This document shows positions 13,458 to 26,099 of a DNA stretch of 64,000 nt, in pieces; position 1 is the first letter of the stretch, and every line of letters begins with the position of its first letter. This DNA is from Octopus sinensis (Eukaryota). The position numbers and the translations under genes are program-made. Location of the stretch: contig NC_043020.1 in assembly GCF_006345805.1 (NCBI RefSeq), positions 21,762,001 through 21,826,000 on the forward strand, in the 5' to 3' direction. The notes under the pieces are model-generated. The model was not told the origin of the DNA and searched no databases. It saw only the letters and a program-made list of their open reading frames with translations.

Positions 13458-13568
13458 TTCAATGAATTTATCCAAGGTCCCATCTGTTGGCCGGTCCATT
13501 ATCAGAAACCTCATATGTTTATGAGAAATTTCAGCAGGTTCAGGCTTTATGGCCCTTGTAGCTCTCAT
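13458..13568 (-). CDS. PTP4A1: PRL/PTP4A phosphatase, first coding segment (MRATRAIKPEPAEISHKHMRFLIMDRPTDGTLDKFIE)
   Basis: Matches the PRL N-terminus (P.P.E..YK.M.FLI...P...L.KFIE). 37 codons followed by donor GTAAGA, joining in frame to 8739. Confidence 0.95.
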
Positions 13569-14067
13569 GGTAATTTATTGTTTGGTCGATGTATGGAATT
13601 GACAATAAGAAAAATTAATTAGAGCAAACAGCTCTGCAATCCTGCCAAAATGGTGGTTACTGAAAGAAATCCACCACAAAAATTGGCAGATCAGTAAGAG
13701 CACCTGTTTTTGGTTTCTAAGCACCTAGTAGCGGTTAAGGATCGTCAGTTGGATACGCTCCCCAGCTAGCTGCTGTCTAGCTGTACATCAACTTTAGTTA
13801 TCCAGTAAAACGAGAGAAGAGTGAGTACGTTGAAAGCACAAGCTATCGCCATCCAAAAACTCTTCTATCACAAACACTTCAACAGCAAACTTTACGTGAT
13901 GGAAGGCGCAACAGATTCAAAACTGTCTCCAGTTGTTTTAGAAGTTTACTTGTTTTCACTTCAATTGAAACACAGCACTAACACCACTATTACACGTGTT
14001 GCGCCTGGCAGAAATCTCCACTGTTGGTCACAAACTCCATAAATGTATGACCGAATTCACCAAAGAA
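13569..14067 (-). promoter_or_regulatory. Probable 5' UTR portion of the PRL start-codon exon, with uORFs
   Basis: Strong acceptor TTTTATTTTTTACAG ending at 14068. Non-repetitive and CpG-retaining. Contains exactly three upstream ATGs (14040, 13852, 13788). A second possible acceptor TTTCTTTCAG ends at 13660. Confidence 0.6.
13766..13852 (-). CDS. Candidate peptide uORF MAIACAFNVLTLLSFYWITKVDVQLDSS in the PRL leader
   Basis: ATG(G) at 13852, open for 28 codons to TAG at 13768-13766, ending ~200 nt upstream of the main ATG. Confidence 0.6.
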   Translation of the reverse strand: MAIACAFNVLTLLSFYWITKVDVQLDSS

Positions 14068-15189
14068 CTGTAAAAAATAAAATTCCACATATAATTTTTT
14101 TCTCTCCAATTTTAAACAAACATATTTACAGTTAAAAAATAGGAAACTTTACAGAAAATGTGGAAGGAAGAAATTTATTGAAGAAAGATTAGTAGAAATA
14201 GTCATGCATTCCATCCTGTGAAGTACAAAAATTAGTATCAGTAAGACACCAATACTAATTCAGTGAACTGAATCCTTTCCCTGAAAATAAAACAGAGCCT
14301 TGTCAATTAAGAAATAATTAAAAAAAAAGATCAATTTTGTTTTATAAATTTGAAATAATAGCTATAACTTCCACATTATATTTAAAAATAGAATTACAAA
14401 AATTCTCATTGTTGGAATGTGAAACAACAAGTATACATTGTTTTAACTAAGAGCTTACCCAACAATTGTGTTTTAGATTCCATATGGCTATAATTTGGCT
14501 ACTGTTTGGTATTTAGAAGATAACAAGTAAGTAGCAAGATAGATTAGGATACAAAGAACTGAGTCAGTCTAGTAGATGCATCTTGTAAGAAAGATAATAT
14601 CAAAAGAAGTTTGAAAAGTAATATTTTAGGTTTGGTCATTCACCTGTCAGATAATAAACAACCAGAGATCATCTTAGTTCTATGATACAATTCTACTTTT
14701 TGCTGTATCTCAGGAGTGGTGGTCAAGAATCTTGCAAACCAAATATTTTAATATTCCAAATTCCAGCATTATAATTTATTAATTATTGTAGTAACCTTCC
14801 AAAATATTTTAAAAGTTAAATATATGGACAATAATGGTCATAAAAGGGGCTTGGTTTTAGGAGCAAAATGAGTCCGATTTTCCAAGTATCTGCAAAGATT
14901 ACTAAATTTTTTGGAAGGTAATTCAAATTCTACTACACAAAGTTCATTTGTAATTTCACTATTTACTCAATTTGGTCACCTTGAAAGCAAAATTTATGAC
15001 AACCATATCTGGAAAACTTCAACAAAATGGAAAGAAAAAACTTGAATATAGACGCACACACACTACATATTAACATTCCTTTTCCAATATTTTTCTTTTA
15101 ATTAAATTTTATTCAAACTACTATTTCTTAACTACATTATATATGCTATCAGGTGAATGAAGAATGACTGTTTCTCACAAATTTTTGTG

Positions 15190-15960
15190 AGAATATATAT
15201 AATATATTTTTAGAGAATATATTATAAATTAACATTGGAATGTTCTTGGCAAACATGGATATTATGGGTTTTCCTGTCTTTTTTGGGGCCACACAAAGAA
15301 CATCTTCCTCTTTGCTTTGGCTGAAGAATCTCAAACGAGGTTGACAACCATCTTTTCTTGTTTGAGTAATGTTAGCAGAACTAGAAGATTGTTTGTCATG
15401 TTCTTGTTTAGCATTAACTCCAGCAAGTTCCTTTCCTAACTGAATTAGGTAATTAGGCACTGTCGTCTTTTATCCTTGAAACTTTGCAAGTGAAGCTGTT
15501 TAGCAACAAGGAAAGCAATCACTGCACGTATATCAATCATGTTGTAGAATATAACCATAGGCCATCTTCAAGTCATTTTTTTGCAAGTGTATGTCCTTAC
15601 CATCTTATCTAGGGTATCTACTTCTATTGGTTTGTTGTAACATGCAATAACTTCAGGTTTCTTTTCAGCACTTTTTAAAATCAATTGAAGGCTGAGAGTG
15701 CATTGTACTCATAAGTGTGACTACATAATTTTTCCTACAACAAATAAGGTAGGATCATGGAATCCTTTTGAAATCCAAATATTGTGCTGTTGATTTCTCT
15801 TTCTTTTCCATTTGTGAAAGCACTTGTAAGTTCTACTCTGTTCTTTCTAATTGTTCCAACTGAAGTAGTTTTCTTGCAAAGCAGCTTTCGAGTCAATCCT
15901 AGACTTGTAAAAAAAATTATCACAATTAGTTCACGCATATCCTTAACCGCCACATATTCA
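15190..15960 (-). mobile_element. Decayed piggyBac-like transposase C-terminal fragment
   Basis: FFTSLGL..VGTIRKNR..NSTIFGFQ; KPEVIACYNK..VDTLDKMVRTYTCKK..RWPMVIFYNMID; Cys-rich tail RGRCSLCGPKKDRKT. Confidence 0.85.
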
Positions 15961-16469
15961 TTTATTCAAGTTTATCACACAGTCACTTATTTCTCTAATT
16001 TTGTCATAGATTGGCTGACCGAAAACTAAGATTTTTCAATTCTATTTCACTATTATCGACATTTATGTTTCGTTGAATTATGCTACCCAAAACCCAAAAG
16101 AATATTTTTCTCCCTCGTGTTCTGACCACCCTAACTCTGGCATCCTTCCTCTCTGTCTGTCTCTCTCACTTTTGATTACCATCTGCTTTGCCCAAGACTT
16201 CCACAGACCACAACCACTTCACCCTATATAAACTAGCGCACGCACTCGGATTGCCCTACTCGATTCTTAATACCTCCACCAAAAGAATACGTATCCAGAA
16301 GATGCTCTCGTCTAAATTTGATAGTTCGTCATCCCCACCCCTACTTAGAGTTTATCTCCTATGTAAGGTAGTGATCATATAGTGCATAAATTTGATGGTG
16401 TAGTGTATGCAGGTTGAATTGAAAGCTATTGTTTGTTTATGAATTCTGCCAAATGCGAGTTTTCTTTTC

Positions 16470-19400
16470 AGGTACATAACGCTGCTGTCCCCCGTCACAT
16501 GGGCCCACACTTCCCACACCCTCAGAGTTGGCACTGTCAAAGGTAGGCCTGGTGAGACTGTGGAGATGCTTTAACGGAAATGTGTTGATTTGTGCTGCCT
16601 CCAAGAAGCAAGGTGGAGAGGAGGTTCTGCAATGTTCCTCACAGGCAAAGAACACAGGTATACTTCTTGTGGAGAAATGGGTTGATAAGGTAATCGAGGT
16701 AGTCAGAGTATGCGACAGAATACTTAAAATAAGATTAGTGCTTCATCATGGGTTAGCAACCATTATCTCGGCCTATGCCCCTCAGCTGAGGTGACCTGAT
16801 GGACAGAAAGACTGATTTTATGACACTTTCTTGCAGACTACCCCGTTGACAAATGACAGGGACTTTCTCCGTATGGCTAGTGACTTCAATGGAAATGTTG
16901 GACAACATATAGGTGACTTCCATGGCGTAATTCGAGGCTACAGTTTTGGTTCCCGCAATGAGGAGGGAACCAGGTTGTTGGAGTTCTGCGATGCAAATGA
17001 TCTTATGGTTTGCAATACTAACTTCAGGAAACCTGACAGTCACCTACCGTTCTAGCAGACACACTCGCCAGAAAAAGGGAAAGATGGCTGCTTATAAATG
17101 CCAAAACCTTCCCACGCGAAGAATGTACCCCACAACATAGACTGGTAGTTAGAGACTTCAGGATCCGGGCTAAATGGATGCCCAAACGGCGACCAGCATG
17201 GAGGAGAAGGGTCTGGAAGCTTAAAAATCCTGCGAATGGACAGAAATTTAGAGACATTACTCGAAGGCTTTGACGAAATAGAAGGGGATATAGCTTCACG
17301 TGATCTGGAAGACAACTGGAGGTTTCTACGGGACAACCTGCTGAAGGCCACTAACCAGATCTGTGGATGGTGCAAAGTCCCCTCTCGACTCAAAATAACG
17401 TTGTGGTGGAACAATGTTGTTGACAGAGCTATTAGAGAAGAGAAACAGGCTTGGAAGGACTGGAAGAACAGTGGTAGCAGGGAATTGTATCAGACTGCCA
17501 GAAGGGAAGCTAGGAGGCAGGATTATTTAGCCAGAGGGGAAGCAGATAAGAAAAAATTTGCCAATGTTCTGTGCTCTGAGGACCAAAGACTTGAGGTATT
17601 TCGTGTTGCAAGACAGTGTGTGAGAGAGAATCATGATCTCGTAGGAGAGAAATGTATCCACATGGATGATGGTTCACTTGCACTAAACGAGGCTGCAAAG
17701 AGTGAGGTTTGGAGATGCCACTATGAAAGATGGCACAATAAAGAGAATGAATGGGAGATGAGAGTCTGCCGAATGTTGACCCAGCTATCTAAATTGACAG
17801 TACATTGGCAGATAAAGCAATTAAGAGTATGAAGACACGGAAAGCCCCCGGCCCGTCAGGAATCACTGCAGAGATGTTCAAAACATCCGGCGGTGTTGGC
17901 TATAGCCTAGTCACCTGTATAGTTAACCAGGTGATACACAAAGGAGTCATTCCCAATGACTGGTGTAGCAGCACCATAGTCAATTGCTACAAAGGTAAAG
18001 GTGATAATTTAGATACAAATAATTACAGAGGTATCAAGTTGTTGGATCAGGTAATGAAGGTCACGGAGAAGGTCATAGCCCAACTAATTAGGGAGAGAGT
18101 CAGTTTAGATGAGATGCAGTTTGGGTTTGTGCCAGTGAAATTCAAGACAGGATGCCCCTGGGAGCTCCTCTATGCTGATGACCTAATTGATGCTATATTT
18201 TTTGTAAGACAGCTGCAGGAGAAATACCTAGTGAAAGATAAACCTCTGTACCTGGCTTTCATTGACATGAAAAAAGCCTTTGACAGGGTCCCCTAATCCC
18301 TTATATGGTGGTCAATGAGGAAACTAAAGATAGATGAATGGTTAGTGAGAGCTGTGCAAGCCATGTACAAGGGATGCTGTCAGTAAGGTGAGGATTGGCA
18401 ACGAGTACAGTGAAGAATTCCGGGTAGAGGTAGGTGTCCACCAAGGTTCAGTCCTCAGCCCCCTCCTATTTATCATAGTCCTCCAGGCAATAACAGAGGA
18501 ATTCAAGACAGGATGCCCCTGGGAGCTCCTCTATGCTGATGACCTAATTGCTGAGAACTAGAAGTTTCAAGTGTGGAAACAAGGATTAGAATCAAAGGGC
18601 CTTAGAGTCAACCTAGCTAAAACCAAAGTCCTAATAAGTAGGAAGGCAGACAAACCACAAATCCCTTCAGGTGGATGGCCTTGCTTGATCTGTAGAAAAG
18701 GCGTAGGTAGAAACTCTATAAGATGTACCCAGTGTAAGCTATGGACACATAAGAGGTGCAGCAATATCAAAGGAAGGCTAACTAGGAAGATAGTTTTTGT
18801 ATGTGGCAGATGCTCAGGAGCAATAAACACAGAAAATGTGCAGAGAACAACTTCTGCCACATTCCAGGGAGAAAAACTACAAGCAGTTGACAGCTTCCAT
18901 TACCTAGGTGACCAAGTTAGTAAGTGGGAGTAGGTGCACTGAAAGTGTAACTGCTAGAATGAGAATAGCCTGGACAAAGTTCATAGAGCTCTTACCTCTG
19001 CTGGTGACAAAGGGCCTCTCGCTCAGAGTAAAATGTAGACTGTCTGACACGTGTATGAACAGCCATGCTACATGGCAGTGAAACATGGGCCGTGACTGCT
19101 GAAGACATCAGTAAGCTTGCAAGGAATGAAGCTAGTATGCTCCGCTGGATGTGTAATGTCAGTGTGCATACTTGACAGAGTGTAAGTACCTTGAGAGGAA
19201 AGTTGGACCTAAGAAGCATCAGATGTGGTGTGCAAGAGAGACGACTGTGCTGGTATGGTCATGTGGTGAGAATGGATGAGGATAGCTGTGTGAAAAAGTG
19301 CCACACCCTAGCGGTTGAGGAAATCTGTGGAAGAGGTAGGCCCAGGAAGACCTGGGATGAGGTGGTGAAGCACGACCTTTGGACATTAGACCTCACCTAG

Positions 19401-19968
19401 GCAATGACTAGTGACTGAGACCTTTGGAAATATGCTGTGCTTGAGAAGACCTGGCAAGCCAAGTGAGACAATATCCCGTGGCCTATGCCAGGGGTGTAAC
19501 CAGCCCACTTATGCGTACCTTTCCTTCATTGGACACTAAACTGCTTGTGAAGACTTGTTGAGGCAAATGAAATCGAAATCAAATTCGATGACTGGCATCC
19601 GTGCTAGTGGAGTGCTAAGAGCATCATCCAAGCGTGATCGTTGCCAGAGCAGCGGACTGGCTTCCGTACTGGTGGCATATAAAAAGCACCATTTGAGCGT
19701 GATCATTACCAGCATCGCCTTACTGGCACATGAAAAATTATTCGAACGAGGTTGTTGCCAGTGCCGCTGGACTGGCTCCTCTGCAGGTGGCACGTAAAAG
19801 CACCCACTACACTCTTGGGGTGGTTGGCGTTAAGAAGGGTATCCAGCTGTAGAAAATCTGCCAGATCAGATTGGAGCCTGGTGCATCCATCTGGTTTGCC
19901 AGTCTTCAGTCAAACCGTCCAACCCATGCCAGCATGGAAAGAGGACGTTAAACGATGATGATGATGAT
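16470..19968 (+). mobile_element. RTE-clade LINE (APE endonuclease, RT, Cys-rich insert) with 3' UTR and (GAT)n tail; inactive
   Basis: Endonuclease (ISAYAPQ, DFNGNVG), RT (KAPGPSGI, NYRGIKLL, QFGF, KAFDRVP, LLYADDL), WPCLICRKGVGRNSIRCTQCKLWTHKRC, RRLCWYGHVVRM..RGRPRKTW. Many frameshifts. Ends GTTAAACGATGATGATGATGAT. Confidence 0.92.
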
Positions 19969-22874
19969 ACTATAATGGAAAAAGTTGCTTATTAAGTAGG
20001 TGTGTGACAATTACTATAATTACTAAAAGACAGCAATATTAAAAGCTTGACTGTCTGGAAATCATCATCATCATCATCATTTAGCGTCCGTTTTCCATGC
20101 TAGCATGGGTTGGACGGTTCTACTTGAAGAAATTGCCTATAAAGACCCATGTAATTTACATAAGTGATTTTCAGGATAAAATTTGTTAAAAAAATGCTTC
20201 TACTCATTTAAAATTTGCACCTAAAAGTTTTCAGAAATACCAATATGGCGAGGGGGAAAAGTTTTCAATTTAGTTGTATTTAGCATAATTTCACTTATGA
20301 TTAGATTTTATAAAATTTTCATTAAATAAAATTAATTTCTGTTTAACAGGTATCACATTGAAAGCTATTAAATTACAAAGTGTTTGTGTTGTTTATCATA
20401 AACTTTATATTACATTTCTTGCCCACAAGAGATTATGCCATATGTCTTCTCAAATCCTGATCACAGGAAAAGTTGTTGATATGAATTACCAACAAAAAGC
20501 TGATAAATAAACACAGGTATTGCAAATTAAGTCTAATTACCAATAAACATCAGCTTGGATGACACTTTACTCAACTGACAGAGGAAGGTGACTGGTCAAA
20601 CTGATTATGTTGTTTTTGAAAATATGCTTCCTTTGGTACATTAGTCAAGAACTGTGGCTAATCTCTAAAATACATCTTTGCAATTTATCTTGGAATTCCA
20701 CCAACATGTTTCTTGACGTGTAGAAGCTTTGCTTCAATAACAAATTTGTACTGCTCAGCTGGCTTCAAGTGTTAAATGTCATCAAGTGTTAAATGTCATA
20801 TGGCACAGAATGTTGTTTACGTCAGTGGACGTAATTAATTGGTTGAAATTGCCGAAATGCAAGAAATTAAAGATGAAATATGTTACAAACTACAGAATTT
20901 TCTCAAGAAAGCCAAGATAAAATGATGTTTTATAAACACATTCTACTAGTATACGAAGTTTAAAATTTTTTATTTACCTAGAAATTATGTTAAAAACTGC
21001 CGTTCAAACTGAAAAGATCCCAGCAGGTGCTACTTGGCAATTTCAACACCAGAGTGGGAGCAGATCACAACCCCTGGCAAGAGTGTCAATATGGGGTTGG
21101 CAACATGAATGAAAATGGGCAATGGCTGCTTGAGCTCTGCATGCTCCATGGACTATGTGCCACGAACACCTACTTCCAAGCCAAAGCTAGAAATTTGCAG
21201 AGGAACTGTTGATTATGTCAACTTCAATACATAACTGGTGCTTTATTGAAAGAATGAATGACAAAGTTGACCAAGCCACAACATGAACTTGTTAAAATAA
21301 CAATACATGTCAATAATCTGTTTTATGGCATCCAACTATTTTATATTACATTCTTTATGGAGGATACACCAATGGGAGAGGTATGCTGGAAGAAAGTTTA
21401 AGAACAAAGCTGCAGCAACCCTTCTCAGCAATTGAAAGGGTTTCATGAGTACTCTTACTGGTAATTCTGAGCATCTATTGTTTAAAATCCTGTCAACCTG
21501 TCTCAAATTCCACTACACCATTTGCATAACTATTGGGTACACTAAATAGAGTTCTTAAGTACTCTATATCTGCATACTAAGTATGGTCACTTACCTTTGG
21601 TATTCATGACACAGGCAAGTGCTACTTCAATCGATAGATTAATAAAGATAAATATTTGCAATCACTTGTGCTAACTCAAGATTCAGAATAAAAAACAAAA
21701 AATCTCACTTTCTACTATATGAATGGGAAGTGGCAACTATCTGAATAAGTTTAATTAAAACCTGTGAGTTTCAACTAATGAATACAAGCTGTTACAGAAA
21801 CATTAAAATATTAGAACAATTTACATTTGTAACTCGAGCAATTATTTTCAAAGGTATTCCTTCAGCTAATCATTCTCTTGAAATGAGAAAGAACCCATTA
21901 TCAACCAGTGAAAATAATGTTGAAATCTGTACAGTGTCTAAAGAAACAAGAGTGTTCATAAAGATGAACTGATGATTGCTCACAAAAAGTTATGTAATTT
22001 CACTTCACAGTTAGCTACAATACATATGTTAATTCCAGCAAAAGTAGACCAAGGAAGACTATCAATGAAGTACACCGTCTCAGAAAACTAAGCTTTACAA
22101 AAAGTCACACACAAAATATCACACTCTCCTTCCCACAATCCACTGACCAAGCCTTTGTATGATCTTCTTGTACTGTGAGAGTTTGCTCTGACACCCTATC
22201 ACTACCGTCTTTATCTTCTTCCCAGCTACAAGAACTCCCTCATGTGGGGATAGGCATGCATCTCCTCTGTAGTAAGACACCTGTATTGCCCCTTTACCAT
22301 ACTTTAGCTTTTCAACACCTGTATAACACCCACCCCACCTCTCATTTAGTCATGGGGGCTTTTCCCCCTATTCCATTTGTTTTTGAATGATGATTTAACA
22401 AGAACATGGCAATTTAACAAAGAAATTGATATAATCTATTAACCAAATCAGTGCATAATTTGTAAATCATCAACATTCAATGTCCGTTTTCCATGCTGAC
22501 ATGGGTTGGACAGCTTGACAAGGACTGCACCAGATTCCACAGTTTGTTCTAGCTTGGTTTCTATGGCTGGCTGCCCTTCCTAACACCAGCCACTACAGAA
22601 TGTACTGGGTGTTTTTCATGTGGCACCTTGGTTTTAAGATTTCAATTCTGTTATGGTGGATATATCTCAAGTACAGCAATGTGCCACATATCTCAGCCTC
22701 TGTCATCTCCGTCCCTTTTCTTCCTGGGTTTTCCCACTTCTACAACTTCTTTCCACTTTAAGTAGTTGGAACTTCTTTATGCAACTATCCCTATCACATG
22801 ACCAAACCAGCAGTCTCCTCTCTTGCATACTGCATATAATTCTGTACAACTTCCTCTACTGATAATTAGGTTAT

Positions 22875-23080
22875 CTCATCATCATCATCATCATCATTTA
22901 GCGTCCGTTTTCCATGCTAGCATGGATTGGACGGTTCTACTGGGGTCTGTGAAGCCAGAAGGCTTCATCAGGCCCAGTCAAATCTGGCAGTGTTTCTACG
23001 GCTGGATGCCCTTCCTAACGCCAACCACTCCGTGAGTGTAGTGGGTGCTTTTTACGTGCCACCCGCACTGGTGCCAGACA
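22875..23080 (-). mobile_element. SINE or LINE tail sharing the RTE 3' end (related copies near 10590-10770, 20060-20125, 22470-22630, 38420-38700, 40730-40900)
   Basis: (CAT)n followed by TTAGCGTCCGTTTTCCATGCTAGCATGG, the reverse complement of the 19900-19968 tail. Confidence 0.75.
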
Positions 23081-23119
23081 GAGGTAGCAAAAATTATCTA
23101 CAGCTTCCAGAGAGCCACC

Positions 23120-24430
23120 AGGACATTTAAGAAAATCAGTTTCCTGTGTATCTGTGGTCATTATGGCTCCCATACATCTTCCACATACAAACACTACTTT
23201 CTATAAACCTTCCTACTATTCCACTGCACTTCTTGCATGACCATAGCTTGCACTAGGTAGACTGAATGAAATTTCTGCCTACACCCTACCTACATATCGA
23301 GTAGGGTCATTTACTGGAAGGGTGAAGGTTCCTGTCTAACTTTTTGCTTACTAGGACCTTGGTCTTTAAGTTTACTTCAAGACCCTTTGATTCCAAGTTA
23401 AGTTTCCATACCTGGAATTTCTTTTCTGATTCTGTGATGGCACATCAGCATATAGTAGTTCCCATGGGCTTCCAGTCTTAAATTCCTGTTACAACTTAGA
23501 GGATGATGAATAGGAGGAGGCTGAGGCCTGACCTTTGATGAACATCTCCTCGTGTACTAAATCCATCACTGTACCCATGATCAACTCTTACCTTTCTAAA
23601 AGCACTCCTGTACATGGCCTGTACCATTTCCACAAGCCATTCATCTATCCCTAGCTTCCTTAGAGATCACTATAGAGTGAGGCACTCAGTTGAAAATTTT
23701 CTCTAGATCAACAAATGCCAAGTTCAACAGCCTGTTTTTAGATAAATTCTTTTCTTGCAGTTGCCTGACTATGAATATAACATTTGTGGTGCTTCTCCCC
23801 AAGACAAAGCCAAATTGCATTTCATCCTGTCAAATTCTGTTCCTAATTAATTGGAAACCTTCTTTGCAACTTTCATCACCTGGTCCAGAAATCTGAAGCC
23901 TCTATAATTACTTCTGTCTAAAGCATCTCTCTTACCCTTGTAGCAGCTATGATGTGGTTGCACCAGTCACTAAGGATTACACTTTCCTGAATAACCTGAT
24001 TAACTATGCAGGTGACTGGACTGTATTCAACTCTACTAGATATCTTAAGCATCTTGGCAGTGACTCCTAATCAATCAGAGGCCTTCCCCGTCTTCATATC
24101 TATAATTGCCTTATCTATTATGCTGCTGCCAACTAGGATAGCTTCTGTTGGGTTCATATGAGGAAGATTCTTTCTCCCATTCATTAGTCTTTTATAGTAG
24201 CTCTTCCACACCTCTTTTCAAGATCACTAAAAGCAAGCATATAATTATCTGTTTGTACACACTTCTCACTCACATCTTGATTCTCTATAACACACTGTCT
24301 GGCAATTCAGTCTGATCTTCATTCTGTAAGACATTAGCAACCCCCTTCCTTTCTACTTCTACCCTAGTTAGATAAGCCTCACACCTAGCTTCTCTTTCAG
24401 CTATCTGATATGGTTCTTTGCTACCTTGGA
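23120..24430 (-). mobile_element. Decayed RTE-type LINE fragment
   Basis: Reverse-complement similarity to 17500-18700 (RT region, GIDEWLVE..QAMY-like and LAFVDLEK-like motifs). Confidence 0.7.
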
Positions 24431-24685
24431 CAGCTGGAATAACAAAAGTCAACTTTTGCTGTATTTGAAATCTGAATAACTAGACACGGAATTATATAAA
24501 CCCGCTCAACATAGACTCCCTGTTTAGATTAGCCCACTACTAACACAAATTGAAAATGATAAGAAGGTGGGCTGAAATGTTCATAGGCCAAAAATGGGGT
24601 GGTATAGTGAAGCTATTTGTCAAATCGATGTATTCCTGCATGCCAAGAGGTTAAACAGAACAAGAAATGGACAAACTAATTAATA

Positions 24686-25037
24686 GGCACAGGAGTGGCT
24701 GTGTGGGAAGTAGTTTGCTTACCAACCACATGGTTCTTGGGCAAGTGTCTTGTACAATAGCCTTGGACCGACTAAAGCCTTGTCAGTGGATTTGGTAGAC
24801 GGAAACTGAAAGAAGACCATCGCATGTGTGTGTGTGTGTGTATGTATGTATATGTTTGTTTGTCCCAACAAAATCGCTTGGCAACTGAAGCTAGTGTATT
24901 TATGTCCCCATAATTTTGTAGTTCGGCAAAGAGACCAATACAATAAGTACTAGGCTTACAAAAAATAAGTCCTGGGGTCAATTTGCTCGACTAAAGGAGG
25001 TGCTCCAGCAAGGTCACAGTCAAATGATTGAAACAAA
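24686..25037 (+). mobile_element. tRNA-derived SINE
   Basis: GGCACAGGAGTGGCTGTGTGG head, central (TG)n and tail CAGTCAAATGATTGAAACA. Similar to 48612-48968. Confidence 0.85.
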
Positions 25038-26099
25038 TATTTCTATGAAAAAAAGGAAAAAAAAAAAAACTAAATTAAACCTCAAGTTTTCTAGAGCTTA
25101 AAATTAGCATGGAATCATACTGAGAATGTTGTTTATTTCCTCACACTGCTTTAAGAAAGTGGTGAACACTGGCTGAATTTTACATAGTAGATATTCTTGT
25201 ACATGTAAATTTCATTTTTCTTCAAGAAATATTGGTCAAATTTTACAAATAAAAATATTGCACAATGAATATTATTTTGTAGACTTAATGCCAGATGTGA
25301 CTACTTTTTTTAAAAATTTTGAATACAGTTGAACAATTTGTGGTAATGTTTGCATATTCATTTTGGTTTTGCTCTCTCTCCTACTAATGAGTTTGCTGTA
25401 TGTTAGATATTTTTAAAGCCTTTAATTTATGCTTTTAATGCTAACGAAAGGAATTAGTTTGCACATTGTTTTTTAATATAGATCTACATGCAATTCTGAG
25501 AAGGGTACCTGATAGTTGTGGGATGTACGAAAAACACCAGCTAAATTTCCCTAAAATCACACCTTTAGGTTTGAAAATATTTTTGAAACACAATTGTTTT
25601 TGTTTTTACTGAAAAGGTTCTGCCCATTGTTTTAAGTGTGTAGTGTAAAAAAGAAAACAAAATTTGACCAAAAAGTTGAAAACATCCCCACTAAAATGTA
25701 GAATATCCAACTTATGTGAGTGTTCTGATCTGAAACTATCATTTATAGCCATTTCTAATGGTCCTTTGAAATTTTATTGAAATATCAGATCTCAAAATCT
25801 CAGGATTTATTTAGTTCTATACCAACCAAAAATGTACCAGAACTCAAATCCCTGTGGATTTAGTTAGGCTGAAAACACTGCGAAATTGATACCAAAGACA
25901 CTTTCAATTTCTGTAATGTGAAGATGGTTATCACCCCAGTTTCAAAGATGTCACCACAAATATGGTTAATAATTCGCTTATGCCAATCAAGCAACATTTT
26001 AACCAATTCACTGATCATTCAAATTGTCATATTTCCTCAAATATTCATCCAAATTTCACAAATGAAGTATCAAAGTGTTTCTTTTTGGATGCTCTCCAA

